A DNA stretch of 64,000 nt, taken from contig NC_086098.1 in the NCBI RefSeq assembly GCF_963921235.1, forward strand, positions 4,092,001 through 4,156,000, given 5' to 3'. Below the pieces are notes generated by a model. That model was not told the DNA's origin. It did no database searches and saw nothing but the letters and a program-made list of their open reading frames with translations. The DNA comes from Mobula hypostoma. Taxonomy: Eukaryota. Positions 13,405 to 25,430 of this stretch are shown piece by piece. A program made the translations under genes and the position numbers. The number at the start of each line of letters is the position of its first letter. Position 1 is the stretch's first letter.

Positions 13405-15005
13405 AAGGTAGATAAATCTCCCGGACCAGATGGAATGCACCCTCGTGTTCTGAAGGAAGTAGCTGTGGAGATGGCGGAGGCATTAGCGATGATCTTTCAA
13501 TAGTTGATAGATTCTGGCATGGTTCCGGAGGACTGGAATATTGCAAATGTCACTCCGCTATTTAAGAAGGGGGCAAGGAAGCAAAAAGGAAATTATAGAC
13601 CTGTTAGCTTGACATCGGTGGTTGGGAAGTTGTTGGAGTCGATGGTCAAGGATGAGGTTACAGAGTACCTGGAGGCATATGACAAGATAGGCAGAACTCA
13701 GCATGGATTCCTTAAAGGAAAATCCTGCTGACAAACCTATTACAATTTTTTGAGGAAATTACCAGTAGGCTAGACAAGGGAGATGCAGTGGATGTTGTAT
13801 ATTTGGATTTTCAGAAAGCCTTTGACAAGGTGCCACACATGAGGCTACTTAACAAGATAAGAGCCCATGGAATTACGGGAAAGTTACATACGTGGATAGA
13901 ACATTGACTGATTGGCAGGAAACAGAGAGTGGGAATAAAGGGATCTTATTCTGGTTGGCTGCCGGCTACCAGTAGTGTTCCACTGGGGGTCTGTGTTGGG
14001 GCCGCTTCTTTTTACATTGTACATCAACGATTTGGATTATGGAATAGGTGGCTTTGTGGCTAAGATTGCTGATGATATGAAGATAGGTGGAGGGGCCGGT
14101 AGTGCTGAGGAAACAGACAGTCTGCGGAGAGACTTGGATAAATTAGAAGAATGGGCAAAGAAGTGGCAAATGAAGTACAATGTTGGAAAGTGTATGGTTA
14201 TGCACTTTGGCAGAAGAAATAAACAGGCAGACTATTATTTAAATGGGGAAAGAATTCAAAGTTCTGAGATGCAACGGGACTTGGGAGTCCTCGTACAGGA
14301 TTCCCTTAAAGTTAACCTCCAGGTTGAGTCGATGGTGAAGAAGGCAAATGCAATGTTGGCATTCATTTCTAGAGGAATAGAGTATAGGAGCAGGGATGTG
14401 ATGTTGAGGCTCTATAAGGTGCTGGTGAGACCTTACTTGGAGTACTGTGGCAGTTTTGGTCTCCTTATTTAAGAAAGGATGTGCTGACGTTGGAGAGGGT
14501 TCAGAGAAGATTCACAAGAATGATTCCAGGAACGAGAGGGTTACTGTATGAGGAACAGCTGGCAGCTCTTGGGTTGTATTCCCTGGAGTTCGGCGGGGGG
14601 GGGGGGGGTGGAATCTCATAGAAACATTCCGAATGTTAAAAGGCCTGAACAGATTAGATATGGTGAAGTTATTTCCCAAGGTAGAAGATTCTAGGACAAG
14701 AGGGCATGACTTCAGGATTGAAGGACGTCCATTTAGAACCGGGATGTGGAGAAATTACTTTAATCAGAGGGTGGTTAATCTGTGGAGTTTGTTGCCACGA
14801 GCAGCTGTGGAGGCCAAGTCACTGGGTGTATTTAAGGCAGAGATAGATAGGTTCTTGATTATCCAGGACATCAAACGGTATGGATTGAAGGCAGGGGAGT
14901 GGTGATGACTGAAAGAATTGCATCAGCACAGGATTGAATGGCAGAGCAGACTCGATGGGCTGACTGGCCTACTTCTGCTTCCCTATCTTATGGTCTTATG
15001 GTTAT
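13405..15005 (+). mobile_element. 5'-truncated CR1 LINE (RT to 3' tail)
   Basis: RT ORFs 13504-14905. Tail (TCTTATGG)n at about 14985-15010. Confidence 0.9.
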
Positions 15006-15006
15006 G

Positions 15007-16258
15007 GTCTTTTCAAATGCTTTGCTGAAGTCCATGTACTCTACATCTACTGCTCTGCCTTCATCAATGTGTTCAGTCACATCCTCAAAAAATTTAATCA
15101 GGCTCATAAGGCATGACCTGCCATTGACAAAGCCATGATGACTATTCCTAATCATATTATCTCTCTCCAAATATTCATAAATCCTGCATCTCAGGATCTT
15201 TTCCAACAACTTACCAACCACTGAAGTAAGACTCACTGGTCTGTAATTTCCTGGGCCATCCCTGCTCCTTTTCTTGAATAAGTGAACAATATCCGCAACC
15301 CTCCAATCCTCTGGAACATCTCCCATCCTCATTGATGATGCAAAGATCATCGCCAGAGGCTCAGCAATCTCCTCCCCCGCTGCCCACAGTAGCTCGGGGT
15401 ACATCCCATCCGGTCCCGGTGACTTATCCAACTTGATGCTTTCCAAAAGTTCCAGCACATCCTCTTTCTTAATATCTACATGCTTAAGCTTTTCAGTCCA
15501 CAGCACGTCATCCCTACAATCGCCAAGATCCTTTTCCGTAGTGAATACTTAAGTAAAGTATTCATTAAGTACCTCTGCTATCTCTTTCGGTTCCATGCAC
15601 ACTTTTCCACTGTCACACTTGATTGGTCTTATTCTCTCACATCATATCCTCTTGCTCTTCACATACTTGTAAAATGCCTTGTGGTTTTCCTTAATCCTGC
15701 TCTCCAAAGGGCTTCTCATTACTCCTTCTGGCTCTCCGAATTTCATTCTTAAGCTCCTTCCTGCTAGCCTTATAATTTTCTAGATCTCTATCATTACCTA
15801 GTTTTTTGAACCTTTCGTAAGCTTTTCTTTTCTTCTTGACTAGATTTTCAACAGCCTTTGTACACCACGGTCCCTGTACCCTACCATCCTTTCCCAGTCT
15901 CATTGGAGCGTACCTATGCAGAATGCCATGCAAATATTCCTGAACATTTGCCACATTTCTGCTATACATTTCCCTGAGAACATCTGTTTCCACTTTATGC
16001 TTCCAATTTCCTGCCTGATATCTTCATATTTCCCTTTACTTCAATTAAACACTTTCCTAACTTGTCTGTTCCTATCCCTCTCCAATGCTATGGTAAAGGA
16101 GATAGAATTATGATCACAATCTCCAAAATGTTCTCCCACTGAGAGATCTGACACCTGACCAGGTTCATTTCCCAATACCAGATCAAGTACAGCCTCTCCT
16201 CTTGTAGGTTTATCTACATATTGTGTCAAGAAACCTTCCTGAACACACCTAACAAATT
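15007..16258 (-). mobile_element. CR1 ORF2 middle segment (EN C-terminus to RT DFSKAF)
   Basis: ORFs 16041-16274, 15691-15993 and 14988-15506. Confidence 0.88.
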
Positions 16259-16259
16259 C

Positions 16260-17813
16260 AAGGGATACGCTCAAACCGATGGTCTAAGATATTTTAATGC
16301 AAGAAGCATCATGAACAAATCGGATGAGCTTGAAACATGGATCAGTACTTGGAGCTATGATGTTGTGGCCATTACAGAGACTTGGATGGCACAGGGGCAG
16401 GAATGGTTACTTCGAGTGCCAGATTTTAGATGTTTCAGAAAAGACAGGGAGGAAGGCAAAAGAGGTGGGGGCATGACACTGCTGATCAGAGATAATGTCA
16501 CAGCTGCAGAAATGAAGGAAGTCATGGAGGGATTGTCTACTGAGTCTCTCTGGGTGGAAGTTAGAAACAGGAAGGGGTCAATAACTCTACTGAGTGTTTT
16601 TTTATAGACCACCCAACAGTAACAGGGACATAGAAGAGCAGATAGGGAGGTAGAGAATATAGATTTCAGCAAGGCATTTGATAAGGTAGCCCATTCAAAG
16701 CTTATTGAGAAAGTAAGGAGGCATGGGAGCCAAGGGGATATTGCTTTGTGGATCCAGAAATGGCTTGCCAACAGAAGACAAAGAGTGGTTGTAGATGGGT
16801 CATATTCTGTATGGAGGTCGGTGACCAGTGATATGCCTCAGGGATCTGTTCTGGGACCCCTATTCTTTGTGATTTTTAATAAATGACCTGGATGAGAAAG
16901 TGGAGGGATGGGTTAGTAAATTTGCCGATGACACAAAGGTTGGGGGTGTTGTGGATAGTGTGGAGGGCTGTCAGAGGTTACAGCGGGACATTGATAGGAT
17001 GCAAAACTGGGCTGAGAAGTGGCAGATGGAGTTCAACCCAGTTAAGTGTGAGGTGGTTCACTGATGGCAGAATATAGCATTAATGGTAAGACTCTTTGCA
17101 GTGTGGAGGATCAGAGGGATCTTGGGGTCCGAGTCCATAGGACACTCAAACCTGTCGCACAGGTTGACTCTGTGGTTAAGAACGCATACGGTGCATTGGC
17201 CTTCATTAACCATGGGATTGAGTTTAAGAGTCAAGAGGTAATGTTACAGCTATATAGGGCCCTGATCAGACCCCACTTGGAGTACTGTGCTCAGTTCTGG
17301 TCACCTCACTACAGGAAGGATGTGGAAACTATAGAAAGGGTGCAGAGGAGATTTACAAGGATGCTGCCTGGATTGGGAAGCATGCCTTAAGAAAACAGGT
17401 TGAGTGAACTTGGCCTTTTCTCCTTGGAGCGATGGAGGATGAGAGGTGACCTGATAGAGGTGTATAAGACAATGAGAGGCATTGATCATGTGGATAGTCA
17501 AGAGTCTTTTTCCCAGGGCTGAAATGGCTAGCACGAGAGGGCACAGTTTTAAGGTGCTTGGAGGTAGGTAGGAGGAGATGTCAGTGGTAAGTCGTTGACG
17601 CAGACAGTAGTGAATGCATGGAATGGGCTGCCGGGGATGGTGGTGGAGGCGAATACGATAGGGTCTTTTAAGAGACTCCTGGATAGGTACATGGAGCTTA
17701 GAAAAATACAGGGCCATGGGTAACCCTAGGTAATTTCTAAAATAAGTACGTTTGGCACAGCATTGTGGGCCGAAGGGCCTGTATTGTGCTGTAGTTTTTC
17801 TATGTTTCTATGA
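16260..17813 (+). mobile_element. Internally deleted CR1 (EN N-terminus joined to RT C-terminus and 3' tail)
   Basis: EN ORF 16221-16607, an abrupt jump at about 16650 to DFSKAFDK, then RT and the tail tttctatgtttctatg at about 17795-17812. Confidence 0.88.
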
Positions 17814-19650
17814 CTCTTATCTCTGATCGGCAGTGCCCCACCCCCACCTCTTTTGCCTCCCTCCCTGTCCTTTTTGAAACATCTAAAACCTGGCACTCGA
17901 AGTAACCATTCCTGCTCATGAACCATCCAAGTCTCTGTAATGGCCACAACATCATAGCTCCAAGTACTGATCCATACTCTAAGTTCATCCGCTTTGTTCA
18001 TGATTCTTCTTGTATTAAAATAGACACATCTCAAATCATCGGTCTGAGCGCATCCCTTCTCGATCACCTGCCTATCCTCCCTCTTACAATGTCTTCAAGC
18101 TTTCTCTATTTGTGAGCCAACAGCCCCTTCCTCTGTCTTTTCAGTTTGGTTCCCACCCCCCCCCCCCAGCAATTCTAGTTTAAACTCTCCTCAATAGCCT
18201 TAGCAAACCTCCCTGCCAGGATAATGGTCCTCCTGGGATTCAAGTGCAACCTGTCCTTTTTGTACAGGTCACACCTGCCCCAAAAGAGGTCCCAATGATC
18301 CAGAAATCTGAATCCCTGCCTCCTGCTCCAATCCCTCAGCCACACATTTATCTTCCACCTCACTCTATTCCTATACTCACTGTCACGTGGCACAGGCAGT
18401 AATCCCGAGATTACTACCTTTGTGGTCCTGCTTCTCAACTTCCTTCCTAACCCCCTGTTGTCTGTTGTCAGGATCTCCTCTCTTTTCCTACCTATGTCAT
18501 TGGTACCAATATGTACCATGACCTCTGGCTGTTCACTTTCCCACTTCAGGATATCTTGGACGCGATCAGAAACAGCCCAGATCCTGGCACCTGGGAGGAA
18601 AACAACCATCCGTGTTTCTTTCCTGTATCCACAGAATCGCCTGTCTGACCCCCTAACTATAGTGTCCCCTATTACTGCTGCAATCCTCTTCCTTTCCCTA
18701 CCCTTCTGAGCCATAGGGTCAGACTCTGTGCCAGAGGCACGGCCACTGTTGCTCCCCCCAGGTAGGTCGTCCCTTCCAACAGTACTCAAACAGGAGTACT
18801 TATTGTTAAGGGGGACAGTCACAGGGGTACTCTCTGGACAATAAAATGGACTGGTCAAAGAACACTGAGGCTGTCTACAAGAAAGGTCAGAGCCGTCTCT
18901 ATTTCCTGAGGAGACTGAGGTCCTTTAACATCTGCCGGACGATGCTGAGGATGTTCTACGAGTCTGTGGTGGCCAGTGCTATCATGTTTGCTGTTGTGTG
19001 CTGGGGCAGCAGGCTGAGGGTAGCAGACACCAACAGAATCAACAAACTCATTCGTAAGGCCAGTGATGTTGTGGGGATGGAACTGGACTCTCTGACAGTG
19101 GTGTCTGAAAAGAGGATGCTGTCCAAGTTGCATGCCATCTTGGACAATGTCTCCCATCCACTACATAATGTACTGGTTGGGCACAGGAGTACATTCAGCC
19201 AGAGACTCATTCCACCGAGATGCAACACAGAGCGTCATAGGAAGTCAATCCTGCCTGTGGCCATCAAACTTTACAACTCCTCCCTTGGAGGGTCAGACAC
19301 CCTGAGCCAATAGGCTGGTCCTGGACTTATTTCCTGGCATAATTTCCATATTACTATTTAACTATTTATGGTTTTATTACTATTTATTATTTATGGTGCA
19401 ACTGTAACGAAAACCAATTTCCCCCTGGATCAATAAAGTATGACTATGACTGTGACTATGTATCTGACTCTTGCCCTTCCCTCTCCTGACTGTTACCCAC
19501 TGATCTGTCTTCCGAGGCCCCGGTGTGGCTACTTGCCTATAGCTCCTCTCCATCACCTCCTCACTTTCCCTGAAGGTCATCGAGCTGCAGCTCTAGTTCT
19601 CTAACCTGTCCCTCAGGAGCTGCAACTTGACACAGCTGGCGCAGATGTGA
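17813..19650 (-). mobile_element. CR1 5' region: ORF1 SGNH/GDSL esterase and EN N-terminus, split by a Rex1 insertion
   Basis: ORF 18175-18858 has VIGDT (GDS block), LPGA, HIGTND and DRLHLN. EN in ORF 17726-18067. The ORF1 N-terminal part continues at 19460-19650. Confidence 0.9.
18838..19460 (+). mobile_element. Rex1/Babar-like LINE 3' fragment with (TATGAC)n tail
   Basis: ORF 18846-19313 ([15 protein letters not shown]...SHPLH...RKSILPVAIKLYN). AATAAA followed by gtatgactatgactgtgactatg. Near-identical to 52944-53195. Confidence 0.85.
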
Positions 19651-19769
19651 TAAACCAAGACCAATTCCAATGCCAGCAGCATTTCGGTAAGCCACCAAGA
19701 TCTAGATTCCAGAGCAAGGCTGCAGCCCAAAAAATACCTAGACCTGCCTGTCTTAAAAGGCTGACTCCT

Positions 19770-19935
19770 TATTTTTAATGCACTGGTCTCTCATTCCAGT
19801 GTCTCTCGCAAGAGAAACATACTTTTCATACCTCATCCGAACAATCCTGATGAAGAGTCTCAGCCCGAAATGTCAGTTATCATCTCTACAGATTCTCCCT
19901 GATCTGTTGTGTTCCTCCAACACTGCGTGTATTCC
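19770..19935 (+). mobile_element. Old PLE 3' fragment with a hammerhead-like motif
   Basis: ctgatgaagagtctcagcccgaaatgtc at 19847-19874, followed by a PLE-type tail (gatctgttgtgttcctccaacact). Confidence 0.6.
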
Positions 19936-20639
19936 GTATACTTTTCACATCCACCATGTCAACGTTACTGAAGATCGTACTTGTTTCAATCAAGTCTCCT
20001 CTCACTCAGCTAAACTGAGATCCATTTGCCCGTGTGAGACTACTTAGGCGTCATGGGCACTCAGCCAGTACACTTCCTCTCAACTCTGTTCGAGGCATGT
20101 TACATAAGGAGACCAGTAGTGTACACTGTACTCCAGATGCAGTCTCACCAATGCTCTTTCTAAATGAAGCGTGACTTCCCCACTTTTGTGTTCGATGGGA
20201 AAAGAGGCCCCAGGGGACCAAGTGGTTATTCAAAAGCAAATGACGAGCTGACACTAATCAGCAGAGGAGAAGTGTAGTCAGCACTGGTTAGCAGCCATCT
20301 ACGTGTTCTTTCACATGTGGAACCTATTATAGCACAGGGCAATGTTCCGGAAACAAAACTCCCTCAAATGTCGAAAAATAAAGTTATTGGAATTCAGAGC
20401 CACATCCTTCCGACTGTGACTTTTGTTAGTCGCGGTATCCAAATAATATGGCCGATGAATTTTAAAACGGTGGTGCATGTAACAGACCTGATTACAAAGA
20501 CATTCACGCTTTCAACACAGCTCTGGCAAATAGAACGTAGAACTATACAGGCCCTTTGGTCCACAAAGTTGTGTCAACCTATTTAGTTCCTCTAAGATCA
20601 GTCTAACCTTCCCTCTCACATTACCCTGAACTGAGTACA

Positions 20640-22160
20640 TCTATATGAAACGTTGCTGCAGAAAATCAGCATCCATCATCAAAGATCCTCACCACCCAGC
20701 CCATGCTCCTTTCTCACTGTTGCCATCAGGCAGAAGGTACAGGTGCCTCAGGACTCACACCACCAGGTTCAAGAACAGTTACTACCCCTCAACCAACAGG
20801 TTCTTGAACAAAATGAGTTAACTACACTCATTTAAGGACATTTTTTACCTTGTTTATTTCATGCTCATTATTTATTGCTATTTGAATTTGAATTTGAATT
20901 GACTTTATTTCTTACATCCTTCTCATACACGAGTAAAAATCTTTACATTACTTCTCTGTCTAAATGTGCCATGTACAATCATAGTAATTTATAATAGCTT
21001 ATAAGAAATAGAACAGTCAATGTAATATAGAACATAGAAACATAGAAAACCTACAGCGCAATACAGGCCCTTTCGCCCACAAAGCTGTGCTGAACATATC
21101 CTTACCTTAGAAATTACCTACGGTTACCCATAGCCCTCTATTTTCCTGAGCTCCATGTATCCCATCCAGGAGTCTCTTAAAAAACCTTACTGTATCCACT
21201 TCTACCACCATCGCCGGCAGCCCATTCCACGCACTCACCACTCTCGGCATAAAAAACTTACCCCTGACATCTCCTCTGTACCTACTTCCAAGCACCTTAA
21301 AACTACGCCCTCTCGTGTCAGCCATTTCAGCCCTGGGAAAAAGCCTCTGACTATCCACACAATCAATGCCTCTCATCATCTTATACACCTCTATCAGGTC
21401 ACCTCTCATCCTCTGTCGCTCCAAGGAAAAAAGACCGAGTTCACTCAATATAGAGTACATTCAAATCAGCGTGAGTTCATCAGTCTGATGGCCTGGTGGA
21501 AGAAGCTGTCCCGGACCCTGTTGGTCTTGGCTTTTATGCTGCGGGACTGCTTCCTGGATGGTAGTAGCTGGAATAGATTGTGGTTGGGGTGACTTGGGTC
21601 CCCAACGATCCTACGAGCCCTTTTTTCACACCTGTTTTTGTAAATGTCCTGAACCATGGGAAGTTCACAACTACAGATGCACTGGGCTGCCCGCACCACT
21701 CTCTGCAGAGTCCTGCGATTGAGGGAGGTACAGTTCCCATACCAGACAGTGATGCAGCCAGTCAGGATGCTCTCAATTGTGCCCCTGTAGAAAGTTCTTA
21801 AGATCTGGGGGCCCATACCAAATTTCCTCAACTGTCTGAGGTGAAAGAGGCACTGTTGTGCCTTTTTCACCACACGTGAGGTCCTCAGTGATGTGGATGC
21901 CGAGGAACTTGAAGCTGTTTACCCTCTCAACCCCAGATCCATTGATGTCAATAGGAGTTAGCCCATCTCCATTCCTCCTGTAGTCCACAACCAGCTCTTT
22001 ATTATTTCTATCTGCATTTTCACAGCTTAACAGTTAACAGTACCTGATGTTTACAGTTACTGTTCTATAGATTTACTAAGTATTCCTACAGAAAAAGAAT
22101 CTGAGGGTTGTAGGTGGTGACATGTATCTACTCTGATAATAAATTTTTACTTGACTTTAC
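20640..22160. mobile_element. Triple nest: old Rex1-like 3' end (+) containing Rex1 (-, about 20881-21999) containing a CR1 3' end (-, 21032-21446)
   Basis: ORFs 21466-21873 (Rex1-type) and 21107-21460 (CR1). TSD aatataga at 21024-21031 and 21447-21454. The outer tail resumes at about 22000-22160. Confidence 0.8.
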
Positions 22161-22312
22161 CTTAAACATGCCCTCGAAGATGCATGAAGAGATATGGGGA
22201 AGGCAGGAGATTGGGTCTGAGAAGGAAATGGATCAGCCATGAAGAAATGCCAGAGCAGACTTGATGGGCCAAATGGCCTAATTCTGCTCCTATATCTTAT
22301 GGTCTTAAACTC

Positions 22313-22549
22313 CCAGGAGATCAGAAGTTTCTGAGATACTCAAACCACCCTGACTGGCACCAACAATCATTCTGTGCTCAGTCATTTAAATCACTTTTCT
22401 TTCCCCACTCTAATATTTGATCTGAAAAACAATTGAACCTCTTGACCATGATTACATGATTTTATGGATTGAGGTGCTGCCACACGATTGGCTGGCTAGA
22501 TACTTGCATTAACAGGCAGGTGTACCTAATAAAGTGGCCACTGGGTGTA
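22313..22549. mobile_element. Tc1/mariner-like terminal fragment
   Basis: Ends ggtgtacctaataaagtggccactgggtgTA, the inverted homologue of the 13039 copy. Confidence 0.65.
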
Positions 22550-22889
22550 GACTGTAATTGGTTATTATGAATAAACATGTATGACGATGTTATCGTGACA
22601 ATTCAGAAATTCAGTGAAACCCCAGAGACCACGATAACACCAAAAGGTGGGAAATCAGCACCCATAACTTTCTTTAAACAATATAAGCAAACACAGAACA
22701 TCACAGGTTTAAGCAAATTGGTTACTACCTGCTTAATCTTATGAACAACTAGCTGGTACCGAAATATATCTATGATGTGTAAGATAATTTCAATTCAAGT
22801 TCCCTTTTACAGATTTTATGAAACCTTACTTTTCGGTGCACGCTTAGAATCATTAAGACCCAATCCTGAGACAGGTCTCCACTGTTTTG

Positions 22890-23140
22890 GATTGCCATGG
22901 TTAGCGGGACACTGTTACAGCTTGGGGTGTTGGAGCCTGGAGTTAATTCCGCTGACGCCTGTAGGAAGTTTGTACGTCCCTCCCATGACTACGTGACTTT
23001 CCTGCCACAGTCCAAAAACGTTCTGGTTAGTCGGTTGTAACTTGCCCTGTGATTAGGCTTGGGCTGAACAGGCAGGTTTCTGGGTGGTGCAGCTGATCGA
23101 GTTGAAGGGCGGGTTCCACGCGGCATCTCTAAATAAATAG
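22890..23140 (+). mobile_element. V-SINE copy
   Basis: tRNA-like head followed by gaagtttgtacgtccctcccatgactacgtg...cacagtccaaaaacg (V-domain). Ends aaataaata about 25 nt from the exon donor. Confidence 0.65.
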
Positions 23141-23163
23141 CGGAGAAAGAGAGCGATGCTTAC

Positions 23164-23222
23164 CTGGCTTGGGTCGTACACCATTAGCCTGTTCTGATAC
23201 TGAGCTGTGTTAGTCACTCCAC
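23164..23222 (-). CDS. KLHL32: Kelch-like protein 32, internal coding exon (59 nt; phase 1 to phase 0)
   Basis: Translates to (G)GVTNTAQYQNRLMVYDPSQ, matching vertebrate KLHL32 as I recall it (GGVTNTAQYQNRLMVYEPNQ). Acceptor ttttgtgtcag|GT, donor CAG|gtaagc. Joins the 8464 exon in frame. Confidence 0.95.
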
Positions 23223-23252
23223 CTGACACAAAACAATAATAATTATCAACAA

Positions 23253-23755
23253 AAGACATTCTGCAGATGCTGGAAATCTCCAGCAATCTCCCAAACTGCT
23301 GGAGGGACTCAAAAGGAGGGGAACGTGGAAAAGGAATAAGCTGCTGACGTTTTGGGCCAAGACCCTTTGTCAGGTCTGGAAAGGAAGGAGGAAGCCAGGG
23401 TAAGAAGGTGAGGGCAGGGGGAAGAGTATCAGCCGGCAGCTGATGAGTGAAGCCAGGTGAGGAGGAAGGCAGGTGGGCGGGTGGGAGAGGCAGGTAAAGT
23501 AAGGAGCTGGAAGGTGATAGGTGTAAAAGGAAGAAGGAATCTGATCTGAGAGGAGAGTGGGCCATGGAAGAAAGGGAAGGAGGAGGGGACGAAAGGGAGG
23601 TGATGGGCAGGTGAGGAGAAGGGAACCAGAATGGAAAATGCAAAAAAGAGAGAAGGGGAAGGGGGAGGAGAAATTACTGGAGTTAGAGAAATGCCATCAT
23701 ATTGGAGTCTACCCAGTTGGAATATGAAGTGCTGCTCCTCCAACCTGAGTGTGGC
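23253..23755 (-). mobile_element. Penelope-like element 3' fragment (older subfamily)
   Basis: RLEEQHFIFQLGRLQ (GIY-YIG C-terminus), a pyrimidine-rich UTR, and a degenerate hammerhead at 23342-23377. Confidence 0.8.
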
Positions 23756-23888
23756 TGTGTTTACACAGAACTCTCACTAAGTTATAAGGATGAAGAAGAC
23801 AAAATGATGTAATTAACAAGTCATCTGACTCGTTTCATTTTAAATGAGCAATAGATTAATATTTTAGTTAAATTAAATTGAGATTTTC

Positions 23889-24347
23889 ATTGAGAGCATC
23901 CTGACTGGCTGCATCATTGCCTGGTATGGGAACTGTACCTCCCTTAACCGTAGGACTCTGCAGAGAGTGGTGCGGACAGCCCAGCACATCTGTAGTTGTG
24001 AACTTCCCATGATTCAGGACATTTACAAAGACAGGTGTGTAAAAAGGGCCTGAAGGATTGGGGACCTGAGTCACCCCAACCTCAATCTATTCCAGCTGCC
24101 ACCATCCGGGAAGCGGTACCACAGCATAAAAGCCAGGATCAACAATCTCCGGGACAGCTTCTTCCACCAGGCCATCAGACTGATGAACTCACGCTGATCT
24201 GAGTGTACTCTATGTTACATTGACTGTTCTATTTATTATAAGTTATTACAAATTACTATGACTGCACATTGCACATTTAGACGGAGATGTAACGTAAAGA
24301 TTTTTACTCCTCGTGTATGTGAAGGATGTAAAAAAAAGTCAATTCAA
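23889..24347 (+). mobile_element. Rex1/Babar-like LINE 3' fragment
   Basis: Closely matches the reverse complement of 21447-21777 and 20895-21030. Tail gtcaattcaat. Confidence 0.85.
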
Positions 24348-25430
24348 TGAACATTTTTCTAAAAACCTATTTGCAGTGTACACAAGACCTACAATGTGAT
24401 CTGAAGGTGAGTAAAAGCACTTTAGCTTTAATAGAACAATAACATAACATGAATTGGGAAACAGTGCAGTGTGCAGCCTATTCACTGAGACATCCCACCT
24501 GCCGCCTTAATCTTTTGTGGAACTGAAGAGTAGTAGAAGCATAAAGTCTATTAATCTTCAAAATTTTTTGAAAATGTAACTTCCGTATGCACATTCAATA
24601 ATGTTCTTCATAGTCAGCCAGTGTTCCTGTCAGCAATCATATCCATGCTTGTAGAGTTCTTACTCAAACATCTTCAAAGTTCAAAGTTCAAAACTGAATT
24701 TGGAGTCATGCAGTGAAGATCGTGTCCACACCATCACTAGACTGACTGAACCTGCACTGTGAAGTACGTCAAGTAACACAGACGTGCAAGTATATATTAT
24801 TCAAGGAATTGAATAATGCATTTGCAGGAAGTGCACTTGTCAAGAAATGGTGTAGCATTCATGTACTGTTTGAATGCAGTTCCTCTGAGGTGCAAAGGAA
24901 ACATCTAATTGCTATATTGAGATCTTTGGGAGAGACAGTTTAACATGGAAAGACTGTTAGGGTATCACAGTCATCAGAACGTATATATTGCAAAGTTGAC
25001 TTTCTGAAGGGCGTGATGCTCTTTGGTATTATTTGAGTTTTTTCTTGGTGGGGAACTCAGTGGGTATACTTCCAGTCTCTTTGCTCCCCCCTCCAACTCA
25101 GCGGGTGACAGTAATGTTCCTTATGTTGGTCTGCCCCCACTATTAAACTTTACAAGAAGGAAAAGAATAAACACAGACAGACTTGGAGATCCCTCTGGTG
25201 AAATGTTTTATATATGCAGTATTCTAAAACACAAAAATGTTACTTCACAAATACCCTCAACTTAGAAACACGAAAGATTCTACAGATGCTGGAAGTCCAG
25301 AGCAACACAAGTAGGTAAGTAGGTTGCTGGAGGGACTCAGCAGGTCAGGTAGCATCGATGGAAATAACTAAAGTGCCAATGTTTCGGGCTGAGACGCTTC
25401 ATCAGGACTGGAAACGAAGGGGAAAGATGT

